A stretch of 64,000 nucleotides of DNA. Origin: Mizuhopecten yessoensis. Lineage: Eukaryota. This document shows positions 50,801 to 63,487 of the stretch, piece by piece. The stretch spans positions 172,046 to 236,045 of the forward strand of contig NW_018408919.1 of assembly GCF_002113885.1 (NCBI RefSeq), written 5' to 3'. Numbering within the stretch: position 1 is the stretch's first letter; the number at the start of each line of letters is the position of its first letter. Made by a program: the position numbers and the translations under genes. Below the pieces are notes generated by a model that had not been told where the DNA came from, did no database searches, and was given only the letters and a program-made list of their open reading frames with translations.

Positions 50801-53800
50801 ATGGATTCTTGACTTTTGATAACAATAAGTAAGTCATATGACTAACATGTTCTCCTGTGCCTTTCCTACTTAAACGCTGACATAACTAACAGGAACCTCC
50901 CATAATTTAAAAAGAGGTAAGTGTTTATCATTGCTGAATTATGACATTATTTAAAATTTGCTTTTGTTCGCAACAACAGTACTTTTGTGACAGATTAAGA
51001 AAAGAATGCACACTACGTTTACAAAGCGTAATTGAATCACCAATTTAGCTATGCTATGAAACCTTGCCTGTAAATAGCAACAAATATGACAAAAGCGTAA
51101 AGGAAGCGGAATGTTTGGAACTAGAGTAAAAAGTTTTGCGTTACAAATCATCTGCATAATATAAATATATCCGTGTGCTAATTTAGCACATGAAACACTG
51201 TAGTATTGTTGCTTTAACCTTTACTGGCTTTTTATTGATACTAAATCCATAAAAGATCAAAAGTGCTTCGATGAAATCTGGCTTTACCATAACACCTTAA
51301 ATCATCCAAATGATCAAGCCCCTCCTTTTGGTTTCGGTAAAGTCAGATTTCATTCCACTATGGTTGCTAATGGGTGGGTGATTGACACAGGCAATGAATG
51401 AAGAAGGAAAGGATGGGTTGCCAGATGTGGACGAGAAAGAGAAAGTAGCTCCATCCGACAAGCCAACCGTTAAAGAAGAATCCCTCAGAGAGAAGGCTTA
51501 TAAGATGAGGATGAAAAAAGGAGAAACGTTGGCAGACCTCATCAAGAAAAAGAAGAAGGTGCCGATTTTAAAACACCCCATGGAGTCGAGTTACCAAGTA
51601 TGTATAACCAGATACCTGATATACCATTCAATATTTACCAATTTTGTTAATATGTGCTGCAATTTAATATAATCATCTATTTAAAAGTTTGTTGTTGTGT
51701 TAGTTCATTTAAGCTAAGTATTAATTTAAATTATGATTTCGATATGAAAAGTTGAATTATATGTTATGTTTTTATTATGGGAAGTTGAATAATAAATTAT
51801 GATTTTGATTTGGAAACTTGAATAATACATTTATTATCAATAGAGTATAGCAGGGATACCAGAGCATCAACAATATTGGGAATTCAAAACCGTCACTTAA
51901 ACTTGTAATAAATTCAGTTATTTCACAAGACTTGTAATTTGACGGTCAGAATTTTATCTATACCCAAAAATTGCTTACATTTTTATGAAGGTCCCATTGC
52001 ATGTATTTTTTTCTTTACTTACGCGGGGAAAATGTTTCTTATGTAAAAAAAAAACTATATCTCAAGTTGTCTGGGCTACTTGGATATCATAATCATATCC
52101 GAAAGATTTATGAAAGGTCAGTATCTACCCATTACCTAATGTGTTGTTACTGTTCTTTGTGATCAGGATTTACCGAATGGCAAGCCGCCAACCAGTAGCT
52201 GGGGTTCACGACGCGGCACCACGCCCAAAACTGCCCCCTCTCTGATTCAGGTAGAACAGGCAGATATCAACGTAAGTATTGCTTTGTTCAAGTAATTAAT
52301 CTGAGATTATATTTATGTATTGTCAATGTATCTTGATGTTGAGACTGAATTTAATATTCGACCTCAGCCTCGTTAAACAATTGTTGACACGGAGGTGTAT
52401 CGAGCAAAACTAAGGGATTTGGTCGAAATAGTCGTGGGTCAAACAGTTCTAGTCCGAGAACTAAATGTCAATAACGAATTCATTTTCGTGGGCTATTTTT
52501 AATATGCACTTAATGATGATGTAAGCGACCATTATTCTCATGCATTACATTTATATATTGAAATAAAAGGAGAGTCAATGACTAGTTTTGGTATAGAAGT
52601 TGCAATATGAGAACAAGGGTAAAAGAATATTTCTGGTTAATTGATTGAAATGATTATGACAATGAAAAGTTGAAGAAACAAAGAGCCGTACGATTACGAC
52701 CAGTTTGACTCTAGATTATTTTCTCTTTAACATAGTTCAGAAAACGGTTCTTGTTGTTGCTCTTCCATCATAGTAGTTCCATCACCTGTATTTCTGCGTT
52801 TGTTGTACACTGCAATAAATCGATACATTGCGATATGCAAATATGACGTTTTAGAATTATAAAACTAGAATTTATTTAACTGCAACAAGAACAGTGGAAC
52901 ACTTTACATAGCAAACTTGTAGGTGTTCAATGACAAAAAATGATCCTTAATCGTTACAAATTTTACGAAACCCAAAATTTGCATCATACATAGTTACTAA
53001 ATTAAGTATATATTGGCTTCAAATAAATATTTGATGGATAATAATGTCATTTTCTATTTTATGATACATATCCTATCCAATAATTCAATTTTTAAAGTAC
53101 ATATCAGAAATAGTTTTTCATTAAAATTGTGACAATCTGTATATAATATTGATATACATAAGTATCTAGTTAACTGGGAATTACCTCGAACCCCGTAACA
53201 GACATCAACAAATTTACCCGATTGATTTCTTTGGTGTCAGTTGAGCCTTCCTCTTATTCCCCTCTCCCCTCCCCTCTCTCCTCCCCCCCNTACCAACCCC
53301 GAAGTTTTCGTTTTGTAGATGTAATTCTATGTGAATACTTGCAATAGCAAAGGGATATTACTTATTTACAGATCTCTACGCCATTACGGTAAGAAACTGG
53401 TTTGACGTTGTTTCTGGTGTTCAATAATAACTTCAGGATTACCTCCTTTTAATGATTCAAACAATATATTCTGTATACTTATTTTTATCATGGCATTTTT
53501 ACTTAAAACAATATTTCAAGTCAAATAACTTATGTTATTTTAATTATAAATTGTCCATAAAAACAATCTAACACTAGGTATGATCAGAAGGAGCCTTGCT
53601 TCTCCCGTGTACCAATCAAATCGTCAAATTCACTTACATTGTAATTAAACAATATGGCGGTTTTTGTACTGCTCATCACAGGGAAACAATCCAATAGTGT
53701 CTCGTTTCTCTCTGTTGTTTTTCACGTTGTTTGTTTTTCTTTATTTGCATATTTTGTTTGTGTGGTTCTTTACTTTTGCAAGGTAAACATACTACCTATA

Positions 53801-54831
53801 ATTAGAAAAAAACTTGCTATGACTATTTATTTGACTACTCTACTGCAACGTAGAATAGATTAACGTCACAAATTCAAAAGGATAAAATAGCTTCAGTATA
53901 TTTATTGATGAAGTGTGAAGAAAATATGTAACCAGATCTTATGATTAAAGAAATTGACGCAAATGTAGATTGTGAGAATAGATATATATATGTATATTTG
54001 TCTGAAGAATCTCCTAGAAGAGATAAAAGTACTAAAGACTCGTTGTTGAGAATTTTTCTTTTATAATATTTCTTCGTTCGTAAGGATCATTTTTCTGATT
54101 TATAATATAAATATATAGCACATACATCAATAAAAAAACATAAAAACTGAAAGATTTTTTTTTAATTTTTTAATGGCCATTTAAATCATGAATTGATTCT
54201 TAAGGGACGCATGGAAACAACAGAACTGGTGCTTTGATCAACGAGGAGTAGTTGTGGGGAGGTACGTCATACTTTGCAATGAAAGTGTCACTTTTTTCCA
54301 ATGTACGTGTCACCTTCTGTGTATTATGATGCACTTTTGGTGTAGCGTAATCATGTACTGTGTGTGTGCCATGATTCAAACTGTACACCCTCCTGCACCT
54401 CGAAAACCCTCCCCCTAACACGAAGAGTTTTTGTATTTAAAATCTGATCGAGGTAAACCCACCAGTTATGTAATAATAGCGTATTAGATAGTAATAACAG
54501 TATTGCTGTTGTTGTTGCTTTAAAAAAGCATTTGTGTGTAATTATAAACATTTCATATTTTTTCTTTTTATCACAGGACGACAGCATGGTGATGTTCAGA
54601 AGAGCAATTACAGACTTGGAATTAAAACCCCAGGAATCCTCTCGTGTGAAGGTACCAGAGAAGGTGACGTTTTTCGAGCCTTCCAAACCAGGTGGGGACT
54701 TATGGAAGCAAATGCGCGGTATGTGGAATCTAGCCAGCCATGCTATCTCAAATCCGAATGTGGGTTCGAGTTCCGCTCTCCAAAGTGCAAAGAAAAAAAA
54801 GAAAGGAAAAGTGAGGAAGATTCAAATATGA
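41797..54831 (+). CDS. Uncharacterised single-pass type I membrane protein (~675-710 aa); exons 41797-41845, 44350-44512, 45104-45204, 45864-45989, 46402-46584, 47489-47604, 48509-48626, 48876-48884, 49416-50011, (50516-50617), 51391-51597, 52167-52271, 54577-54831
   Basis: Signal peptide MGIGALLWILFLVRYSEC, two Cys-bracketed Thr/Ser-rich domains (CTLPTNLVGSW.., CPTDLLGQWTYTY..YRFTCL), TM helix LAVALAVVIPLIVIIVACIISYFCWV, acidic and basic disordered tail; phases consistent. Confidence 0.8.
43596..43917 (-). mobile_element. 5'-truncated SINE (Meta-domain-like) with a 14-bp target-site duplication
   Basis: aagttacataatgg at 43582-43595 and 43918-43931; body cattatactgacaacggg..taccacttttaatgactttg; (tggtt)n tail. 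Confidence 0.75.
44350..44512 (+). CDS. Membrane protein exon 2
   Basis: CTCTLPTNLVGSWTSSEQG..FTCDSYSGSQYVLK. Confidence 0.88.
44604..44643. repeat. (TCT)n microsatellite
   Basis: Directly visible. Confidence 0.95.
45104..45204 (+). CDS. Membrane protein exon 3
   Basis: SPSFTYLTLPFEAYLCLVLTEISSTKFTYFIGT. Confidence 0.88.
45864..45989 (+). CDS. Membrane protein exon 4
   Basis: TNSYAGNDRLK..DVCDRSSYPTGTYYVLVKD. Confidence 0.88.
46402..46584 (+). CDS. Membrane protein exon 5
   Basis: EINSAQTDCPTDLLGQWTYTY..CSQMVMYS. Confidence 0.9.
47489..47604 (+). CDS. Membrane protein exon 6
   Basis: SGFLYCLYSFTDSSMTYINLYNTDSTTDESSTYRFTCL. Confidence 0.9.
47594..48240. repeat. 37/51-bp minisatellite derived from the exon 6 splice donor
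   Basis: ttacctgtctggtgagtctt repeated about 13 times. Confidence 0.93.
48509..48626 (+). CDS. Membrane protein exon 7
   Basis: VMTESGDDRYITQYPKQCHENQNSSSVLSPGTSLVFSLS. Confidence 0.88.
48876..48884 (+). CDS. Membrane protein exon 8, a 9-nt microexon (S-T-C)
   Basis: cttttgctttctttggcag|GTACCTGTG|gtaagt; phase 1-1. Confidence 0.65.
49416..50011 (+). CDS. Membrane protein exon 9 (TM helix and cytoplasmic tail)
   Basis: Lies within ORF 49394-50047; hydrophobic stretch then KKK; donor atg|gtttgt. Confidence 0.85.
50516..50617 (+). CDS. Membrane protein probable exon 10
   Basis: gttttgtag acceptor, ttg|gtacgt donor, 102 nt open in phase 0. Confidence 0.5.
51391..51597 (+). CDS. Membrane protein exon
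   Basis: AMNEEGKDGLPDV..KHPMESSYQ; phase 0-0. Confidence 0.75.
52167..52271 (+). CDS. Membrane protein exon
   Basis: DLPNGKPPTSSWGSRRGTTPKTAPSLIQVEQADIN; donor gtaagt. Confidence 0.7.
54577..54831 (+). CDS. Membrane protein terminal exon (frame inferred as phase 0)
   Basis: Strong polypyrimidine acceptor; DDSMVMFRRAI..KVRKIQI-stop; AATAAA at 55068. Confidence 0.6.
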   Translation, partial: DDSMVMFRRAITDLELKPQESSRVKVPEKVTFFEPSKPGGDLWKQMRGMWNLASHAISNPNVGSSSALQSAKKKKKGKVRKIQI

Positions 54832-57313
54832 TGCGTGGCACTTCCGGTAAACGTTGCGTCAGACCATGTAAATGGCGTTGAAGTGTTTGTACTCCTATCC
54901 CCCGACGAAGTTGGATCATTTCAGTAAAACACATATTGAACAATGCTTCACATTTATGTGTATGTGAGATATACAGATCATAACAATGTTAAACGTTCTG
55001 CAACCCTGTTCTTATTATTTGTTATGTGGAATGTCAAGACCATTGTTTATTCTCATTAAGTGTCTTTAATAAACTTTATAATGACCATCGTTTATTGTTT
55101 AGTATTTCTTAGATTATGATACACACGTTTTTTTCTTACGCTAGACATGGTTTATGACCGTCCGAGAGATTACCTAGCTGAGACCTCTGCATGTTCTTAT
55201 GCTTCTATATTTGAAACAGCATCTCATTATTTCCTTGATTGTATAAAATACACTGAACATCGTACTATCCTTTTTCAGAATATATTCCATGAAACTGGAT
55301 GGTTGTGAGAGATGTGATGAAAATGAAAAAAAAAAAAAAAAATCCTATCTGTATCCAGTTACATTTCAAGTTCTAGAAGATTCAGGACACTTAACTAAAA
55401 CAAATGAAAATAATCATTCATTCATTCCTCTTAATTCATTCATTCCTCTTCATTCATTCATTCCTCTACATTAATTCTATCATTTGCTCAATAATGCAAT
55501 CCTTCTGATTTCCAGAAATGGTACATTAACATTTCCTTTTTTTCTCTTTGTTTATTTTGTAAATTTTTAATATTGATGATGAGGAGGGCTGATTTTCAGT
55601 TATACTATTTTGCTAAAATATTGGGGAAAACTGCATAAATAAGAATATAATGCTTTACAACATGTTTATTTTATCTTTAATCTGTCTTTAATATGAATAA
55701 ATTAATCTACTTGGTAGAATTAAATTTCCAAACTCATCGGTGAATGACTTTGTGTGATACATTGGACTATTTCGCCTGTAACTGTTTGATGCGGTAATTT
55801 AAGCCCATTGATGCGGTAATTTAAGCCCATCAAATGTTGATACATGCAGCTCCATATTCTTTTTATTTTCTCTTGATAACATGTATATATATATATTTAT
55901 TTTCGGTACCAAAATAAAAGGTTAGAATTTAAACCATTAGATTCAATCATAATAAACAGGATCTAGAAGTTGTTTTTCCTACTTTGATTATATGTGTTTG
56001 AATGTGTTCTAATGTCTTTGTCTATGCTTGTACCACTGTTTGTTACTGTGTTTGGAGAGGGCGCTTAAATAGACTATACATGCTGCCCGATCCATTTGTC
56101 TTTTGACTATAAAATTAATTGAAATTGAAATAGACATGATTAAGAGCTGACATTGTATGTAAGGAACCATCAACGAGAGAAAAAAAATAACCGAAGTAGT
56201 CAACCATCAAAGAAATGTGTAAAAAGACGAAATTATTAACTGAAACAGTCCATTCGTAAATGTCTGGCAAAAAAGAATATGGCGACGACCGACTTCCTGA
56301 TTGCTTGGGGATGTCTCGATAAAGAATTCATCTTCTGGTATTGATAGTTGATAGTTCTTGATATAACATATAACAATCACTTTCATTTCGCAAGATATAT
56401 TTGTAATGTAGATTTAAAATGATAGAAGATTAGTCATTCAGACACTTTAAAGGTAACGCTACCATAGCTATTATGCATGTACCTGTGATTTATGAGCAAG
56501 TCCCCCCGCGACGAACACATACACAGATGCTCTTTCCAGTTTCAATACGCAAAATTCCCCAATTTGCTTTTGTATTTTTCGAGTGTTCAATGAGACAAAC
56601 ACAAATTAGTTATCGAGACTCCTAATCTTCTCGAATAACTTGCAAAGCATATTTGAGAGAAGATTGTTCACATATAATAGTGATCACCAGTAACAAAATA
56701 AAAACCCACACCATACAAAGACATTTAATGAATATATGGAAAAACCTAATATAAAGTCACCAGAAGACCGACCTAGAGTTGACATCAATATTGTCGTCCA
56801 TATCTAAACAAAATGTCAACACACATGGATCGATTTACCTTCTAAATACCAAATACTAAAGAAGGATTAACCTCAACAATGTCATACTGAAACATATAAG
56901 AAAAAGACTATGTGGTTATGTGATCAAATGCTTCTACTGCAGGATGATAAAAAAGGAAGGACACCATATCCTTGAAATAGAGGAGATAATTTAACATAAA
57001 CACAATATGACTAAAACGAGTGTCTCTTTATGTAATCAAAGTTTATATAACGTCAGAGTTATATGACCAGCACAGGTAGACATGTATTTAAATATCGTGT
57101 TTCAAAGACAAGAACAAAACACATATATACCCCAAAAACCAAACGAGAACGTAAAAACTAATCAAATGTTCAATATAGTAAAATAGTACCACAGCGTCCG
57201 TACACAAGGCCAATTCGATGCTCAACCGAAAAACGAAAAATTGATAATTGGAATCTAGGGTGACACAAATGACAGGTACAACGAACCCCTTCACAAAATA
57301 TGAAAGGATAAAG

Positions 57314-57718
57314 CACGTGTTACCCAAGAGTAAGCGTTCCGAGCACCAAATGTTGTACCACGTGTTACCAAAGAGTAGGCGTTCCTAGCACCATACGTTG
57401 TACCACGTGTTACCAAAGAGTATGCGTTCCGAGCACCATATGTTGTACCACGTGTTACCAAAGAGTAGGCGTTCCGAGCACCATACGTTGTACCACGTGT
57501 TACCAAAGAGTAGACGTTCCGAGCACCATATGTTTTACCACGTGTTACCAAAGGGTAGGCGTTCCGAGCACCATATGTTGTACCACGTGTTACCAAAGAG
57601 TAGGCAATTCGAGCACCATATGCTGTATCACGTGTTACCAAAGGGTAGGCGTTCCGAGCACCATATGTTGTACCACGTGTTACCCGAGAGTAGGCGTTCC
57701 GAGCACCATATGTTGCAC
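57314..57718. repeat. 9 x 45-bp minisatellite (cacgtgttaccaaagagtaggcgttccgagcaccatatgttgtac)
   Basis: Directly visible. Confidence 0.95.
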
Positions 57719-57767
57719 CACCTGCACCCCATGGGTAACTCGACATGATTAAAAGAATCCTTCTCTT

Positions 57768-57882
57768 CCTTGAGGATGTGACAGAGAAATCTCCGATCCG
57801 AGGGATGATTCTTGATTGTCTAACCCGAGGCTTCGAGAATATCATCCCGCGGGTCGGAGATTTCTCTGTCACACCCTCAAGG
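57768..57882. mobile_element. Hairpin (fold-back) element with ~45-bp arms
   Basis: ccttgaggatgtgacagagaaatctccga.. / ..tcggagatttctctgtcacaccctcaagg. Confidence 0.75.
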
Positions 57883-59624
57883 TAGGGGATGATTTTTTTT
57901 CCCATCTTTATTTCACAAATCTACATACAAGCGGTGTTGTATGGAATGCGTGTTCAGCAAATCCAGAATATTCTGCACAATAATATCTCCCCCTAGGGGT
58001 GACAAGCTGATCTTTTTCGGCATAAAAGGGAGACACACCTGTCAAGGGTGGGAGAAATCTACTATCAACGTCAATAAACGATTGCAAATACAAAGTTTGA
58101 AAATAACCGAAAGCACTGCCTTTGAAAAAGTTCACAATAGAGCTATTTAAATGCCACACAAGATTTTGCAACACGTTCATTATGATGAGTGGTTTATCAT
58201 TTGCGAAAAGATTGATTTGGCATAATTTAAGTTATTTCGTGCAAAAAAAACAAAAGTCTTTAAAAAAAGAAACAAATCACATTGTTATCATCATCTAGGT
58301 TATTTTTATTCATATTATACAACACCACTTTTCAGAGAAAAACATACATAAAAAACAATAGCACTTTCAGAAAAGAAAATATAAGTAGCAAATCATAGCT
58401 ATTTATAAACAAAGAAATATAATATTTAAAGATGAAGATAGTAAATTACTTAGTTTATCTATTCTAGAATACTAGCTGTAAATCAATGAGCGAGAATGAA
58501 GGTTAGGTAATACCAATCAGATGAAAACAACTACACACGGTAGGGGAATGCAATGATATACTTATTTACATAATGTTTACAGTAACACTTTGGGTTCATC
58601 AAACTCAATTCCTTTAATCCGACAATTTCGTTTTGAGGAATTAATCTTAGGATTTTTTCCCTATTCTGATGACAATTATCGTAAAATGATCCGGAAAATG
58701 ATTTTGTTGTTTTCAAGTTTTACTGTAAATTATAAGAAAAAAAGCAAGAAAAATTCATACTGTATTTACAATTAAGCTTGCCTTGTCCTCCTAGTATCAC
58801 GATATGACTGGGGAAAACACAATACGAAGGTTAAAGGTGCTAGCAAATTATCTATGAACGGAAAGGGTGAACAAGATATGTCATATTTTTAAAATGCCAT
58901 ATAAAGTAAGGAAGGATAATTCTTTATTAGTGTGATTATATTGTGAAATGAAATGTTGTTATTTCGATTAAAAAAATACTTAATTACTGTAAATAATTTT
59001 TGTTTCGCGAGCATTCTTTTCTCTCGTATATTTAGATTTGAAGAATGGTTCCAAAATTCAGTGTTCACGAAAATCAACTGATGTATAATATGCAGATCAT
59101 GTAACAGTAAGTGACACACCAGAGTGTTTTCAAAATATAATGTTCAAATATGCTGTTCGGCTTGTTTCTGATGCATCTACCTGAAGATCATCGGGAAGTA
59201 CAACTCAATGAATGCCGAAAAAGCGTCTTATATTTTAATATCAACTTAAATAGTGACGTCAATGAACATGAAAATGAGACAAATACGGGAGGAAAGCGTA
59301 ATGTAAGGTCAGGGTGAATGGTCTGGTAATGAAAATGATAATTGAACGCATTGGTGAGCATAATTATATTCAAGACATAACACGGATGTTTGTTTTCTGC
59401 TCTTGTATAACAAAATTACTCAATACTAATTTCAGTTTCCTCTTTTCTATTCTGTAATATCTTTTGTAAATTATATTTTGAGACAATTTAAGAGTTTTTA
59501 AAACAATTCGTTATATATCCACTTAAACAGCAATGCTTGTACAAGAAAAAACGTCTGTGACAATATGCTCAACTATTATTGTTTATGGCGGTACTGTAAG
59601 GTTGGGTTTATCGTCAATATAGGC

Positions 59625-60217
59625 TCATGTATCCCATCCGTGGGTCCAACTGTTGAATTTCTTGTTTAAGACAGCATCAAATACCTAGAAAACAAAATCA
59701 AAACAAAAACGGATGAAAACATATTCCTCGAATTTTCCTAAGTATTTAAAGTTAAAAAATGTAAGGATGGATATAGGCTTTGTGGCAAGACGATTCTATA
59801 CAAAAAGTATATTCCGATATAGGCATTTACCAATAAAAATCAAGAAATTTCGTTCACCCACCATTTTCACATTATGAGCGCAGAAACTGGCTACTGATTG
59901 CTCGTGAAGATATAATCAAGAGTCAAATAAATTATTCCTGCAGTAGGCATAAATAGTACAAGGCAAGTATATCTGTAACTTACGTCTTGGTTGTAGGGTT
60001 TTTCGCGGGTTGCTTGGCCATTTCGATGTGCAGGCACCCTTTCAAACTCTGAGTAAGTACTGGAGTCAGTTACTGTCTTCCCCATAATCGTGTTGATGGT
60101 AGCCAATTTGTTGTTCTTCACCTCTCCGCCCATTTCGTACCAACCTTTGACCTTCTTCAGTTTGGGTTTCTTTGGAGGCTGTGATTGATGAAGGCCAAAT
60201 TTGGTATTAAGGAACAT
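59625..60217 (-). CDS. Small uncharacterised protein, 97 aa; exons 60217-59984 and 59684-59625
   Basis: ATG exon ending gac|gtaagt joins in phase 0 to ttttgttttctag|VFDAVLNKKFNSWTHGWDT-stop. Confidence 0.7.
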
Positions 60218-63200
60218 GGATTAATCCTGGTGATATCTTTAAATATTTCATCCAGTAAAGGAATAAATAAATACGGACAGAAAAAAACAAACAAACATGA
60301 AAACCCGAAGGGCCAACCAAACTTACTTTGAACTAAATATTATTACAACTAAAACAAAATATAAACAAAAATATAAATACAAAAGTAATGTTTTTATGTA
60401 GGTCGAAACAATGTACTCTCCTCATGTGAAAACTATGATGGTGATAACAAAACAATGCACATTAATGAACATTACAAACAAAAAGATCTTTATATCACAA
60501 AGGGGTTGTTGCTTTTGTGCAACTATAAATATTAATGATTTGTTCTTAAAGCTTATACAAACTATTGTACGGAAGTGGTATGTGCCAATTGGGGGCCTTA
60601 AGTTTTGCACGGATACTCTCATAAAAATAGTAATACATACCGGTTTAGGGCCTGCTTTGGACTTAAGCACTAGGTAGTTGGTTGCGTGGGCGAGCACTTT
60701 CACTGTTGACGTCTTCTTCCGTTTCCGCTGAAATTGGTTTTATTTTACAATAAGAAGACATTAAGATAGAAATGCCCGTTTGTGACTCATGTCATTCATG
60801 ACAATTATTAATGGAGTTGAACGGAAGGCATACGCATATAATTCTATTTATATATTTGTAAAAGAGACAGTACTCCAAAAATGAATGTCACTTCACCATA
60901 TAGCTTTGTTTATCCTTTCATGACTCATTGGTGATGCTAAGGGTCTAAGAGGTTGCAATCCAAATTGGTTTTAAATATTGTTGAAACGGTAAAAGGAGAT
61001 GTGTAAATCCCCTTAATTATTAGAATTAATAATTAACTACATTCTGAATTAAAATTGATCACTCGTTTACTTCTTGACTGGGCAATGAAATATTGACCCT
61101 TGCATTGTTTTCTTAATTGAATGTAACAGGGCTAGATAATATGTCAGTTGAAGGTCCATGTCGAAAAGGTCAATGTCACGAGGTCAAGGTTACATCAGGA
61201 GGTCAAATGTAATCAAGTCATGATGACGAAGTGATGAACTCTTTACTGACTTTATAAAAAGCTGTTTCATGACTGGACATCGTGTCGTTCTCACTACTTT
61301 CGGTCAAGGTCGAAATAATAACTTTGCGGTCAAAATACTCACTGTTTCTATTTGATTTATATCAAACCTGTTAGGTGAACACTAATACTTCCTAGTTGAA
61401 TTTTAGCATTTACAATAATGTTTTTTATATATAACTAAAAAAAAACACTACATTGTATATCAAATGATAGTGTTTTTATTGAGGTGAAAGAGTTGATGCT
61501 GGTATGTGAAAATGACCTCTCCCAATAGTTATCGTGAAGAAATTGTGCTTTCATTGCAGTGAACTGCCATTATGTTAAAAAAGTCACATAATATCCTGAT
61601 TAAATTGTGACAGAAAACGTATACTTTGTGACAAATTCAACACACAATTACGTGTGAATGGCTAAGCATTAGCAATGAAATATCGTAAACCCTTGATTGT
61701 GATCAACACTGTAAGGTATAGCCCGACTAATCGGTTTACTAAAATAAATCCATGTACGAAGTCCATGTACACCATCTAACAGATCTGATACGGATTATAA
61801 CATAAAGTACATATCTCTGACTAAAGAAAACACTAATTTAGCAACTGACCTGGTCCCTATTAGAAACTAGCACCAGCTGTAACAAGCGTCAATCATGTTA
61901 CTTGGGTTATAAGTTATTTCCCTTTTCTCACTTAAGTTATATCAACATCACTTTGTTAGGTATCAAAAACGCCATCATTTCATTTTACAAATCATGAAGG
62001 ATTTGTTAACAATTTGATAGATGTGGAACGCTTTGAAAAGTAGGTGAACTTCGGAGTAGGTTAAATACTTCGTCAATAAAACCATGAACTATGTTCGAAT
62101 GACCTTTTTTTTCTAAGTAATAGAAACTTTGGTACTTTCAATATTCTTTTCCTCGAATTTTGATTTTGTTTTGAAACCGTTTATTTTAAATAAAGATTAA
62201 AAGCAAACTGAATTTGATCTTGATCTTGGAACAGAAATCATTTTAAGATGAAAGATTGTTATCACAAACGTTTCGTTAATAATTTCTTAAATGTTAATTA
62301 AATAATAAAAAGACATCCACAGCGAGCTTGATATTTTGTTTGAATACGACTTTACACGTTTTATACACATTATTTATGTTTGAGTTGAGTTGAGGTTTTT
62401 TTTTCATTTAATTTCAATTTAACTTTATGAACTTTGAAATCACATTTCAATATGGTTCATAGTTAATTTCTTGAAATCAATTTACCACATCTTGAGCTGC
62501 TGCAACATTATTCGGACTCATTCTCATCTCTATATATGCTAAGTGGACAAAAAGCGTTGAACCAAGACAGAAATCCGACTTTTACAACATATTATTTAAA
62601 GGCATACTATGAATTATAATATTATTTTCGTGTGTATTATAGCTTTTAGGAAATATGCATTTTTTTCAATAAAATACATTTGGTGCCAAACTAAACAACG
62701 TCTTTCAATGTTTCCCATTCCATTGCTAAAAAAATAAAAAATAAAAAAAACAAGTTTTAACCATTTAAAACAACTAAAAAGAAATGTAATGAACATCGTT
62801 TTAATCGAATGCAACAATAGATAAACAGAACATATGATAAACAAGTTTGAAAGACATATCCTCATTTTAGGAATAAATGAGTACGGAATGTGGAATGAAA
62901 GAAGAGTGTGCTGTTACGAATGGCCGCTACAAAAGCAACATTATACAGGAAAAACATAATTATCTCACAACTGTGGAAATATGATAGATTTCATTACATT
63001 TTGATATCTTATGATTCAAAATAATCATAAATATTCATAATGAGATATATATCCAACGAAAGTTTATCCGTCCTTCATCAGTATATAAAATGAATAGTAT
63101 TTAATGAAATATTTATATTCTTGAAACATTTTAACATTGATGCATGATTGTTAGCGATGTAATTGAAGTCATATTGCTTCCCCTAGGAGTCCATATTACT

Positions 63201-63487
63201 AGCCAAATCACTACAGTTTAAGCTAATTGGACATTTTCTCTAGACTAGTAAGTACCAAGCAACTAGTCGGTTCACAAATGAAGGAGTGATAACCACGGAA
63301 AGGACTTTATTATTTATTAAATTGAAAAGTAAGTCTGTCTACGTAATTGTCAATCATGTAATTGAGCAGTACATATTCCACAGGTATCTAAACCCGAACA
63401 TAACCCTTCTCCACAACACCTCAAAAGCACCGACAAATATCGTATCACAGAAAGAAATGCAGGAATCATTTCATTGAAATGTTTTCC

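Noticed and set aside
57291-57905. 204-aa minus-strand ORF with RGTTYGARNAYSLVT repeats
   Set aside because: Explained by a stop-free 45-bp unit plus a hairpin element; open on both strands, with no splice or promoter support.
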